This document shows, in pieces, positions 41,170 to 52,720 of a stretch of DNA of 64,000 bases (its first letter is position 1; every line of letters starts with the position of its first letter). Source of the DNA: Anaeramoeba ignava BMAN (taxonomy: Eukaryota > Protista > Anaeramoebae); NCBI GenBank assembly GCA_028826165.1, contig JAPDFW010000131.1, forward strand, positions 62,001 through 126,000. The letters run 5' to 3'. The notes beneath the pieces are model-generated. The model ran no database searches. It worked only from the letters and a program-made list of their open reading frames with translations, and was not told the DNA's origin. The position numbers were made by a program, and so were the translations under genes.

Positions 41170-42273
41170 CTAATCAAGAATAGAAACTGAAACAATAGCA
41201 GTTCCAACAACTGAATCAGCACCGCCATAAAAAACCAAGAACTTATCATTACCAAGAGGCATTGCTCCTTCAAGAAAAACAACATTTGGCGTGAGACCCA
41301 AATAAGGATCCAAACCTTTTTCCCAAGCAAGGACTGGAGAAAGCAAAGGTTGTTGGCATCTTTGAAGAACATTAGTGGGATTTTCTTCATCCAAAATGGC
41401 CCAACCAACATTATATTCGAGATCATAACCGGGTTTAGGAGTGGGACCTACAACACGAGCAGAATTATAAAGAAAAAGATAACTCCCATCGGATAGCTGA
41501 AGAGGATAAGGACCGGCTTCGACTAATTTACTGTCAAAAGAATCGGGTCGAATAGGGAAAAAAACTGCCGGATTTAGGGACCAATTGAGAAGATTATCTG
41601 AAGTGGCAAATTGTAAACCGTTTACAATTGACGAGTCGCCAAAAAATAAATAATGTGGAGAATCGTAACCGTCGCGAATCAATAGCGATCCGGACTTGGA
41701 TTCTGCCAACTGAGGAAAAAGAGCGCCATAGCGTTTCCACGAATCCTTTTTATAAGGTTCGGCACTTGTGGCTAACGCAAGTCGCGGAAAAACCCCTGAA
41801 CTATTCTGCTCTGCTGCAGTATATAACAAATAATACGTTGAATCCTTCTCACGAAAAACAACACGTGGATCTTCCACTCCATAATTATCTAACGGTCCAC
41901 TTGGTGCTAATGTCACATCATCGTCTGTGATGTTGTTGAAGACGATGTTGTCAAAGTCGGTGATTAATCCGCCCCTTGCAGTTGTAAATGTCACCACGGA
42001 TTGTTTCACTCCGTATTTTGTTCCTGATGTATTTTGGCTTCTTATCATTAAGGCATCCACTACTTTTTTTCCGTTTTGATATAACGGACAATAGGATGGA
42101 TTGTAATTGTATGTGAAAATTGATTGTTGAAATTGAGAATTGAATAACGGAATTTCTTTATTAACTCGTGTCAATGACACATTGTATTGTTTGCAATAAA
42201 TTGTTTGAGTTAATGTCAAGATTATTATAACTTGACAAGAAAAAAAAAGCAAAAAATTTATTTTAAAATCCAT
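41170..42273 (-). CDS. Glycoside hydrolase family 130 (beta-mannoside hydrolase/phosphorylase-like, five-bladed propeller) with signal peptide; intronless
   Basis: YNYNPS, YGVEDPRV, YYLLYTA, RLALATS, SKSG, FDSKLVEAGP, YNVGWAILD, PNVVFLEG, FYGGADS; hydrophobic N-terminus. Confidence 0.88.
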   Translation of the reverse strand: MDFKINFLLFFSCQVIIILTLTQTIYCKQYNVSLTRVNKEIPLFNSQFQQSIFTYNYNPSYCPLYQNGKKVVDALMIRSQNTSGTKYGVKQSVVTFTTARGGLITDFDNIVFNNITDDDVTLAPSGPLDNYGVEDPRVVFREKDSTYYLLYTAAEQNSSGVFPRLALATSAEPYKKDSWKRYGALFPQLAESKSGSLLIRDGYDSPHYLFFGDSSIVNGLQFATSDNLLNWSLNPAVFFPIRPDSFDSKLVEAGPYPLQLSDGSYLFLYNSARVVGPTPKPGYDLEYNVGWAILDEENPTNVLQRCQQPLLSPVLAWEKGLDPYLGLTPNVVFLEGAMPLGNDKFLVFYGGADSVVGTAIVSVSILD

Positions 42274-42549
42274 AAAGAAAAAAGGAATAGAAAATGAAAA
42301 AAAATGAAATTAAAAAAAAATTTTTTTAAATTAATTTAAAAGGAGAAAAATTAAATGCGAAAAAATAAATAAAACGTTTTTTTTTAATTTTTTTATTTTT
42401 CATTTTTTTAATTTTTATTTTTTTTTTCTCAATTTAAATTTAATTTAAAATTTTAATTTAAATTTCAATTCAAATTCATTCTTCTTTTTATCAATTTTTT
42501 ATTTTATTTTTTAATTTTTTAATTTTTTAATAAATAATATTTATTTACA

Positions 42550-45450
42550 ATGACAAATGTATTGGAACCAAAAACTCTTAAAGTTGTTCTTTTAGGCAAT
42601 TCTCAAGTTGGAAAAGTATTTTATTTTCAATCAAGACAAAAAGAAACAAAAATTTAAAAAAAAAATAACGGAATTTATTATTATTTTTAATTAAGAAAAC
42701 AATTAAATAATTAAATAACCATTTGATTACAAAAATTAAAATTACAATTCATTTATAAAATCAAAATTAAAATTCATTTATAAAATTAATATTAAAATTA
42801 AAATTAAAATTAAAATTCATTTATAAAATTAAAATTATAATTATAATTAAAATCAAAATTAAAATTAAAATTAAAATTAAAATTTAAAATTAAAATTAAA
42901 ATTCATTTATAAAATTAAAATTAAAATTAAAATTAAAATTAAAATTAAAATTAAAATTAAAATTCATTTATAAAATTAATTAAAATTTTCTTTTAGAGTT
43001 GTTTACTTCATCAATTTTGTGATGGAAAATTTAATAGAAATACTATTTCAACAGCAGGTGTTGATTTTAGATTTTCTGAACTTGTTGTTAGAGATCAAAC
43101 TATAAAATTACAAATTGTATACACATTCTTTTAATAATTCAATTCCAAATGAATTTCAATTTAAAATTAAAAATTAAAATTAAAATTAAAATTCATTTAT
43201 AAAATTAAAATTAATATTAAAATTAAAATTAAAACCAAAATTAAAATTAAAATTATAATTAAAATTAAAATCAAAATTAAAATTAATATTAATATTAAAA
43301 TTAAAATTAAAATTAAAATTAAAAATTAAAATTAAAATTAAAATTAAAATTAAAATTAAAATTTAAAATCAAACCAAAATCAAAAATTAAAATTAAAATT
43401 AAAATTAAAATCTAAATTCAAATTAAAATTCATTAAAATTAAAATTAAAATTAAATTAAAATTAAAATTAAAATTAAAATTAAAAATTAAAATTTAAAAT
43501 CAAAACCAAAATCAAAATTAAAATTCAAATTAAAATTCAAATTTAAATTAAAATTTAAATTAAAATTAAAATTAAAATTAAAATTAAAATTAAAATTAAA
43601 ATTAAAATTAAAATTAAAATTAAAATTAAAATTAAAATTAAAATTAAAATTAAAATTAAAATTAAAATTAAAATTAAAATTAAAATCAAAATTAAAATTA
43701 AAATTCATTTATGAAATCAAAATTAAAATTCAAAATTTAAGTGGGATACTGCTGGTAAGTTTATTAAGTTTATTTTATATAAAAATTATACAAAAAAGAT
43801 GAACAATTTAATAAAATAAAAAAATAAAAAAAGGTCAAGAAAGATTTCGGACAATCACAAGTTCTTATTATCGAGATGCTGATGGAGTTATGGTTGTTTA
43901 TGATATTACAAATAGACCTTCTTATGATCAAATTCAATATTGGATTAAAGATATAACAAGTAATGGTCCTCCAAATATTGCTAAAATGATTTTTGCAAAT
44001 AAAAACGATCTTGATACAGATCGTAAAGTTGAAAAATCAGAAGGAGAAGTATTTAATTATTTTATCCGATTTTACATTTAATAATTAATAATTTTAATAA
44101 TAATTTTAATAATAAATTTAATAATAAATTTAATAATAATTTAATAATAATTTTAATAATAAATTTATTAATAATTTTAATAATTAATTTAATAATAAAT
44201 TTAATAATTAATTTAATAATAAATTTAATAATAATTTTAATAATAAATTTAATAATAATTTTAATAATAAATTTAATAATAATTTTATAAATAATTTTAA
44301 TAATAATTTTAATAATAAATTTAATAATAATTTTAATAATAATTTTAATAATAATTTTAATAATAATTTTTAATAATTAATTTAATAATTAATTTAATAA
44401 TAATTTTAATAATAATTTTAATAATTAATTTTAATAATAAATTTATAAATAATTTTAATAATAAATTTAATAATAATTTTAATAATAATTTTAATAATAA
44501 ATAATTTTAATAAATTTAATAATAATTTTAATAATAATTTTAATAATAAATTTAATAATAATTTTAATAATAATTAAATTAATAAATTTAGTAATAAATT
44601 TTAATAATAATTTAATAATAATTTAATAATAATTTTAATAATTAATTTAATAATAAATTTATTATTAATTTTAATAATTAATTTTAATAATAATTTTAAT
44701 AATTAATTTTAATAATATTTTTAATAATAATTTTTATAATAATTTTAATAATAAATTTAATAATAATTTTAATAATAAATTTTAATAATAATTTTAATAA
44801 TTTTAATAATAATTAAATTAATAATTTTAATAATAATTTTAATAATAATTAAATTAATAATTTTAATAATAAATTTAATAATAATTTAATAATAAATTTA
44901 ATAATAATTTTTATAATAAATTAAATAATAATTTTAATAATAAATTTAATAATAAATTTAATAATAAATTTATTAATAATTTTAATAATAAATTTAATAA
45001 TAAATTTATTAATAATTTTAATAATAAATTTAATAATAATTTTTATAATAAATTTATAAATAATTTTAATAATAATTTTAATAATAATTTTAATAATAAT
45101 TAAATTAATAATTTTATAATAATTTTAATAATAAATTTAATAAAAATTAATAATAATTTTAATAATAAATTTCTATATTTTAAAAAATTTTAGAAACTTG
45201 CTTCTTCTTTAAATTGTAGTTTTTTTGAAGGAAGTGCAAAAACAGGAGAAAATGTAGGTCAAGCATTTTTTAAACTTGCAGAACAAGCTGTTGACAGGTA
45301 AATAAAAATAAATAAATAAAAATAGATAAAAATTAATTTCAAAATTAAATTAAAATTTAAAAATAAAGAGGATTTATTCATGAACCTGAAAATGATACAG
45401 TTAAAATAAGAAAGAATTTAACTACAAAACAAAAAAGCAAATGTTGTTAA
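42550..45450 (+). CDS. Rab GTPase (Rab1/Rab8-like); exons 42550-42615, 42997-43116, 43742-43754, 43834-44048, 45194-45297, 45369-45450
   Basis: LKVVLLGNSQVGK|S, STAGVDF, IKLQI|WDTAG|QERFRTITSSYYR, ANKND, FEGSAK, KSKCC*. Five GT-AG introns. Confidence 0.92.
44075..45175. repeat. AATAATAATTTT-type minisatellite filling the Rab intron 44049-45193
   Basis: Direct reading of the tandem units. Confidence 0.9.
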
Positions 45451-45919
45451 AGGAAAAGAAAAAAAAAAGAGGAATTTCCACAAAATAAAAATTTATTCCT
45501 TTTTTTTTTTTTAAAAAAAAAACAAAATTAAAAAACAAATTAATAAAAAATAATCTTTCTTATAAAAAGAAACAAAATTATTTTTTTTTTTCATTTTTTT
45601 TTTCATTTTTTTCTTTTTGAATTATCGTTAAATTTTTAATTTATTGTTTTTTTCTTTTATCTTTTTTTTCCTTTATTCTTTCAATATTTGTTTAAGATTT
45701 CCTTTCAAACAAATTTTATTGTTATTTTGTCTTAACAAAATTGAAAAATTTTCCTTTATTCTTTCAATATTTGTTTAAGATTTCCTTTAAAACAAATTTT
45801 ATTATTATTTTTATTTATCTTAACAAAAAACTAAGAGGTTTTTATGATAGGTTGATTTTATCAATTTATTCTTTTAATATTTGTTTAAGATTTCCTTTAT
45901 TTCCTTTAAAAAAAGAAAT

Positions 45920-47245
45920 TCAAATTTAAAAGGAAATTCAAAAAGAAATTAAAATTCAAATTCAAATTCAAATTCAAATTCAAATTCAAATTCAAATTCA
46001 AATTCAAATTCAAATTCAAAGAGAAATTCAAAATGAAATTAAAAGAGAAATTCAAATCAAAAAGAAATTCAAATCAAAAAGAAATTCAAATTAAAAAAGA
46101 AATTCAAATTTAAAATGAAATTCAATTTCAAAAAGAAATTCAAATTCAAATTAAAATTCAAATTCAAATTCAAATTCAAAATTCAAATTCAAATTCAAAT
46201 TCAAATTCAAATTCAAAAAGAAATTCAAAAAGAAATTCAAATTCAAATTTAAATTTAAATTCAAAATCAAATTCAAATTCAAATTCAAAATTAAATTCAA
46301 AAAGAAATTCAAATTCAAAATGAAATTCAAATTAAATTCAAATTAAAATTCAAATTCAAATTCAAATTCAAATTCAAATTCAAAATTAAATTCAAAAATA
46401 AATTCAATAAGAAATTAAAAGAGAAATTCAAAAAGAAATTCAAATCAAAAAGAAATTCAAATCAAAAAGAAATTCAAATTAAAAAAGAAATTCAAATTCA
46501 AATTCAAATTCAAATCCAAATTAAATTCAAATTGAAAGAGAAATTAAAAAAGAAATTAAAAGAGAAATTCAAAGAGAAATTCAAAAAGAAATTAAAAATG
46601 AAATTAAAAGAGAAATTCAAAGAGAAATTAAAAATGAAATTAAAAGAGAAATTAAAAGAGAAATTAAAAAAGAAATTCAAAATGAAATTAAAAAAGAAAT
46701 TCAAAATGAAATTCAAAAAGAAATTCAAAATTAAATTCAAATTCAAATTCAAATTCAAATTCAAAAAGAAATTCAAATTCAAATTCAAAAAGAAATTCAA
46801 AAAGAAATTCAAAAAGAAATTAAAAAAGAAATTCAAAAAGAAATTAAAAGAAATTCAAATTCAAAATTCAAATTCAAAATGAAATTAAATTCAATTTCAA
46901 ATTCAAATTAAAAAAGAAATTCAAATTCAAATTCAAATTCAAATTCAAATTCAAATTCAAATTCAAATTCAAAATCAAATTCAAAATGAAATTCAAAAAG
47001 AAATTCAAATTCAAATTCAAATTAAAAAATAAATTCAAAAAGAAATTCAAAAAGAAATTCAAATTCAAATTCAAATTCAAAATTAAATTCAAAATCAAAA
47101 TCAAATTCAAATTCAAATTCAAATTAAAAAAGAAATTCAAATCCAAATTCAAATTCAAATTCAAATTCAAAAATGAAATTAAATTCAATTTCAAATTCAA
47201 ATTCAATTTCAAATTCAAATTCAAAAGAGAAATTAAAAGAGAAAC
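45920..47245. repeat. Intergenic (AAATTC)n / (AAAAAGAAATTC)n array
   Basis: Direct reading. It lies between the convergent Rab and NSS genes. Confidence 0.9.
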
Positions 47246-47298
47246 AATTTTCATTTTGATTTGAAATTATTTTTATTATTTCAAAAAAAAACTTAATT

Positions 47299-50152
47299 TT
47301 AATTATTATTATCAATTAATTTTTCATTTAAATTTTGATTTAAATTTTGATTTAAATTTTGATTTTGATTTTGATTTTGATTTTCATTTAAATTTTGATT
47401 TAAATTTTCATTTTGATTTAAATTTTGATTTAAATTTTCATTTAAATTTTCATCTTCATTTTCATCTTGAAATTGTCTATAATCAGTAATTTCCAAACTT
47501 TCCATTTGTTTTGCTTGATCAATTTTTAAATGATCTGATCTATATTTCAACCATTTTCGAGATTTTTTACAAGCAATAAAAATAATCAAACAAAGAACAC
47601 CCCAATGAAGAATACAACTCATAACACTTGGTTCAATAGGATTAAACCAAGTATGAGGATTATCAATAATAGAATTAATAAACCACCACAAAAAGATTGC
47701 GATTCCTTCAAAAGGAATAAAATATTTAATAACAATCTCAAACCACTTTCCAACAGAAAAATTTAAAATAACACTTCGAAAAGAATGAGGATTCATTTTG
47801 ATGATTAAAACATCCAAAAAAAGACCGGATAAAAGAAGACCATTTCCCCAAACGAAGTCTTGAACACTGAGAAATTTGGTGCTGATTGCGGAAGGAAGAC
47901 CGAGAATAAAATTGATAATTCCGAGGAAAATGAGCGATTTTTTTCTTGAGTAATTAAGATCGGATAAAAATTTCAACGGAACTTCAATCATTGAAATAAG
48001 AGATGAAAGAATAGCAAAAACAAGAGCCAAGAAAAAAAGGATGGCGAGGAATCTTCCGAAGCCTCCCATGCTTTCAAAGAGGACGGGGAAGAGCTTGAAA
48101 GCCAGTGCGGTGCCGGCATCACCTGAGCTAGCCATATCATCAATGATTGATTTTGATGAATTATCTTGATACATGAGACCGAATGTTGTCCCAAAAGTCA
48201 ACATTCCGCACAGTAACGAGATCATGTTGTTGGTGATCGGCGTCAGGATACCTGCTTGTGCTGGAGAGTGCGACTCACGCATGTAGGTCGCATATGTCAG
48301 AAAGATACCCTGCGCCGCACTTGTGTCAAATGAATTTTGAACAATTGCGTTGAACCAAACTGACGGTTTATAAAAAAGTTTTGGATCGGGATAATAAAAT
48401 GTCTTCATTCCTTGTTTGGAGTCTTTCAATGTGAGCGACTTGATAAAACATATTAAAAGTATCACAATCAAAATGGGGACAAGAATTAAGTTCACTTTTT
48501 CAATGGATCGAATTGAGTTGTAACTTGATAGAGTTACTGCTAAAATCACAATTACAAGCATTAAAATTGGCCAACCTTTCTCCATTTCATCAAAAACTGC
48601 TTTTGATTCTTCCATGTCTTTTGGTAAGGAGTAGAAGATTGAGTGAATGAAATAGTATAAGCACCAACCTGATAATACTGCGTAATAGAAATTGATGAAT
48701 ACAATACATGCAGATATGAAAAAACCAAGGAATAATCCTTTTTTTCTCAAAAAGAAGTGGAATGTGCTTGGTGTCGAGAGTTTTGTATATTTTCCCACTA
48801 TTATTTATAAAATTTAAAATTATTTATAAAATTAATTATAAAATTATTTATAAAATTATTTATAAAATTATTTATAAAATTATTTATAAAATTATTTATA
48901 AATTAATTATAAAATTATTTATAAAATTATTTATAAAATTATTTATAAAATTATTTATAAAATTAAATATAAAATTGAATATAAAATTAAATATAAAATT
49001 AAATATAAAATTAATTATAAAATTATTTATAAAATTATTTATAAAATTATTTATAAATTAAATATAAAATTATTTATAAATTAAATATAAAATTATTTAT
49101 AAAATTATTTATAAAATTATTTATAAAATTATTTATAAAATTATTTATAAAATTATTTATAAAATTATTTATAAAATTAAAATATAAAATTATTTATAAA
49201 ATTAAATATAAAATTGTATATAAAATTATTTATAAAATTTAATATAAAATTAAATATAAAATTATTTATAAAATTATTTATAAAATTTAATATAAAATTA
49301 AATATAAAATTATTTATAAAATTATTTATTAAATTATTTATTAAATTATTTATAAAATTAATTATTAAATTAATTATAAAATTAAATATAAAATTATTTA
49401 TAAAATTAATAATAAAATTAAATTATTTATAAAATTATTTATAAAATTATTTATAAAATTAATAATAAAATTAAATATAAAATTATTTATAAAATTATTT
49501 ATAAAATTAAATATAAAATTATTTATAAAATTATTTATAAAATTATTTATAAAATTAAATATAAAATTAAATATAAAATAAATTATAAAATTAATTATAA
49601 AATTATTTATAAAATTAAATATAAAATTATTTATAAAATTATTTATAAAATTAAATATAAAATTATTTATAAAATTAATTATTAAATTATTTATAAAATT
49701 ATTTATAAAATTAAATATAAAATTAATTATAAAATTATTTATAAAATTCTTGATAAAATTCTTGATAAAGTTGTTTATGAAGTTGTTTAAATTCGTTTCT
49801 AAAATTTTGATTCTTGAAATACAAACAGCCATATTCAGAAATTATTAAAGGAATAGACCAAACAAATAAAAACATAAGCCATAAAATTAAAAAAACACCA
49901 GAACCAGTTCCATTCGAATCAGATAAAGAAAGAGCAACAACTGGATAAAAAAATCAAAAAAAAATTTTTTTACATTTTCAAATTAAAATTAATTTTTATC
50001 TAAAATTTACTTCTTGGAAATCTCCATGTATTTCCTATTCCAACTGCAGCTCCTAATGAAGATAAAAATAATAATAAACGATTTGTAAAAACTGGATTTT
50101 TTGATTTTGTTTTCATTGCAAAATCATCTTGATTTGAATCTTCAGAACTCAT
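47299..50152 (-). CDS. Neurotransmitter:sodium symporter (NSS/SLC6, LeuT fold) transporter; exons 50152-50011, 49940-49827, 48797-47299
   Basis: TM1 LGAAVGIGNTWRFPR, FLILWLMFLFVWSIPLIISEYG|LG, FYYAVLSGW, IEKVN, GTALAF..FP, FFLALVFAILSSLISMIE. GT-AG introns 49941-50010 and 48798-49826. Confidence 0.92.
48800..49780. repeat. 12-mer minisatellite (AAAATTATTTAT) filling NSS intron 2
   Basis: Direct reading of the tandem units. Confidence 0.9.
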
Positions 50153-50306
50153 AATTTAATTTAATTTAATTTAATTGTTATTTTAATTTTATTTTAATAT
50201 TAATAAAAAAATGAAAAATAAAAAATTGGAAAATCTTAATTATTTTTTTTTTAATTATTTTAATAAAAAAAATTGAACAAAATTTTCCTTTTTAGATAAA
50301 AAAAAA

Positions 50307-52376
50307 TTAATTCAAATTCATTTTAGAATTAAATTCAGAATCCAATTTTGCTTGATCAAATATTTGTTGAGCATAATTTTGAAGATCTTTTAATTGTTTT
50401 GAAATGTATAATTTTAAGTTAGTTAAATCTTCAAGAATTGGAAACAAATCTTTTTGCCAAATTGATTGTTCTTCTTGAGATTTTTGAATAAATCGATTGA
50501 ATTCATCTGTTAAAGATTGCAGTTGATTTTGTTTTTGCAAAATTCGCGAAGATCCATCTTTTTGGATCTGCGAAATTTCATCTTGTAGTGCTTTTTGTTG
50601 ATTTTCCAATTCTTGATGATAGAAAAATAGCTCTTCTTTGAACTTATTATATTGTTGTTCATTTTTATCATTTTCATTTTGAAGTTGAAAAATATGAGTT
50701 TTTTTTTCGTTAATTTGAGAATCCAAATGATTCTGCTTTTCGCGCAACTGAGTAATGTCGTTTTGGATCTGTTGGGAATTGCGATTGAAATACTCGGCGA
50801 GATTAGTCAATCCTTGTTTGATTTGGGGCAAATTATCTGACAGCAAAGAAATCCCATTTTGGAGTGAATTTTGATTTTGTTTGGAAAAAGTATGTTCCGT
50901 TGAATCATCGATATCCTTCAGCGAGACTTGATTGGAATTGTAATCGCGGTTGATGGACAGTTGATAGTTGATGCCGTCGGTGTTGTTTTTGGCGCCCGAA
51001 GGGATCAAACGAAGAGTCATTGCGGATTGGTGATATTCACTCAATAATTTTTCCAATTCATCCATTTTATTTGAAACATTGATTTCCAAATCCCATGTTT
51101 TCTTCTTGATCTCCTGTTTGTGTTTTTCCACAGTCGCGATCGACTCTTCCATCTGTTTTTTTCGGATCATCATTCTTTGGTGGTCCTCCACGCTGATGTT
51201 CTGCGAACCAATCTCCTCCTGAAGCTGAGCTTTGCTTTGCAGAACACGTTGATATTCGGTGTTTAGTAACTGATTTTCTTGTTGTAGTTTCACACAGTAA
51301 TTCTCCAAGTTGCTGTTCTGGAAGGTAACATTGTTTGTCTCTTTTTGGAGATCGAAAATCTCTTCCTGCATTTGCTTCTTCTGGCCCTCAAGCTGCTGCA
51401 TATTGGAGAAGGCGGATTCGGAACTTTGGATGTGATTTTGAAGTTGAGAAATTTGTTCATTGAGTTCCTCAATTTCCTTGAGAACAAACTGGTTTTTTTG
51501 AGAGAACTCATCCTCAAGCTCCTTTTCGAGGTTCTGGAACTGCTCATCTTCGCCAGACATGAAGCACTGGTATATCTTAGTCAAGTATTCAAAAAAAGCT
51601 AGTTCATTTGCTTGTGGTTCAATAGTGGCATCTTGCAGATCTAATGTTGGCTCGCCATCAAGCACCGCTCCCGAATTGGGCTGAGAAACCTGCTCGTCAT
51701 ATGTCAGTAACTCAACCAACCAGGCCAGCGCTGCAAGAAGTGATGGCCACGCATGAGGCGATCCGACTGCGTGCAAGGATGATTTGTTAATGATAAAAGG
51801 ATATTTTAATCTTTTGAAAATCAAAGGAACATCATTTTCCCATTTTGTCCCGAAAGTGAAAAGCGGGTCGATTTGTTGATACAGAAACTCCAGAATGGAC
51901 GCGAAATCCTTCGCAGTTGGCTCTTTAAGCATCTTCGTTGTCACTGTTTTGCTGTAGCTGTGATTGCTCAAATAGCGAATGATGTTCCGTATTTGTTTTT
52001 CTTGATATTGCTTGTCCCGAATAGGTCTTGGATCGTCCATTTGCTTACTTTGATTCGGATTCACAAATACACTCGATTTTCGTGCTTGTGTTTTTCTTTT
52101 GGGAACAACTTCCGATTGTCTTGTTGGTTTCGCTTTGAGCATCCTTTTCGGTTTGGATCGTTCGATTTCTGATTGTCTTGGTTTATTTCCTTCTTTTTTT
52201 CGTGGCTTTTTGATCGTTACTTTTTTCCGAATTGGTTTCTCCATGTTTGTTGATCTTTTTTTTTTGTTTTGATTTCCATTTCCATTTCCATTTCCATTTC
52301 CATTTCCATTTCCATTTCTGTTTCGAAGTATATTTGATGGTCTTTCGTTTTGATTCATAATTGTTCTTGTATTCAT
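50307..52376 (-). CDS. NDC80: Kinetochore protein Ndc80/HEC1 (CH domain plus coiled coil), intronless
   Basis: DPRPIRDKQYQ, LKEPTAKDF..ILEFLY..IDP, LKYPF..NKSSL.AVGSPHAWPSLLAALAWL, long coiled coil, loop LRLIPSGAKN. Confidence 0.95.
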   Translation of the reverse strand: MNTRTIMNQNERPSNILRNRNGNGNGNGNGNGNGNQNKKKRSTNMEKPIRKKVTIKKPRKKEGNKPRQSEIERSKPKRMLKAKPTRQSEVVPKRKTQARKSSVFVNPNQSKQMDDPRPIRDKQYQEKQIRNIIRYLSNHSYSKTVTTKMLKEPTAKDFASILEFLYQQIDPLFTFGTKWENDVPLIFKRLKYPFIINKSSLHAVGSPHAWPSLLAALAWLVELLTYDEQVSQPNSGAVLDGEPTLDLQDATIEPQANELAFFEYLTKIYQCFMSGEDEQFQNLEKELEDEFSQKNQFVLKEIEELNEQISQLQNHIQSSESAFSNMQQLEGQKKQMQEEIFDLQKETNNVTFQNSNLENYCVKLQQENQLLNTEYQRVLQSKAQLQEEIGSQNISVEDHQRMMIRKKQMEESIATVEKHKQEIKKKTWDLEINVSNKMDELEKLLSEYHQSAMTLRLIPSGAKNNTDGINYQLSINRDYNSNQVSLKDIDDSTEHTFSKQNQNSLQNGISLLSDNLPQIKQGLTNLAEYFNRNSQQIQNDITQLREKQNHLDSQINEKKTHIFQLQNENDKNEQQYNKFKEELFFYHQELENQQKALQDEISQIQKDGSSRILQKQNQLQSLTDEFNRFIQKSQEEQSIWQKDLFPILEDLTNLKLYISKQLKDLQNYAQQIFDQAKLDSEFNSKMNLN

Positions 52377-52450
52377 TTATAAAAATTTAAAAAGAAAAAA
52401 ATAATTTTAAAATATAAAAAAGAAAAAATTTAAATTAAAAAAATAAAAAA

Positions 52451-52532
52451 AAACCGTTAAAATTAAAATTAAAATTAAAATTAAAATTAAAATTAAAATT
52501 AAAATTAAAATTAAAATTAAAATAACCGTTAA
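52451..52532 (-). promoter_or_regulatory. Two TTAACGGTT Myb-type boxes upstream of NDC80
   Basis: AAACCGTTAA at 52451-52460 and TAACCGTTAA at 52523-52532. These are the only CpG-containing words in an almost pure A/T intergenic stretch. Confidence 0.45.
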
Positions 52533-52561
52533 AATCTTTTTTCATTTTTTTTCTTTTCAAA

Positions 52562-52666
52562 TTTAAACCAAAATTAAGAAAGGAAAATGAAAAACAAATT
52601 AAACAAATTTCATCAAGTTTATCTTCAACAATTTTCCTTTTTAAAAATGGAAAAGCAATAGAATAT
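52562..52666 (+). pseudogene. 5' fragment of an RCC1-repeat gene interrupted by the transposon
   Basis: Frame FKPKLRKENEKQIKQISSSLSSTIFLFKNGKAIEY ends at the TSD and continues in frame at 63683. No in-frame ATG before an upstream stop at 52523. Confidence 0.75.
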
Positions 52667-52720
52667 GGTAGGGGTAAATTTGACCTATTTTGATCTACTG
52701 CCTATTTTTATCTACTTTTT
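52667..52720 (+). repeat. Left terminal inverted repeat
   Basis: GGTAGGGGTAAATTTGACCTATTTTGATCTACTGCCTATTTTTATCTACTTTT. Confidence 0.85.

Noticed and set aside
41170-42273. Bacterial contamination or chimeric contig at GH130 because of higher GC
   Set aside because: The ends grade into host-like AT composition with the host promoter motif, and NDC80 shows similar GC elevation.
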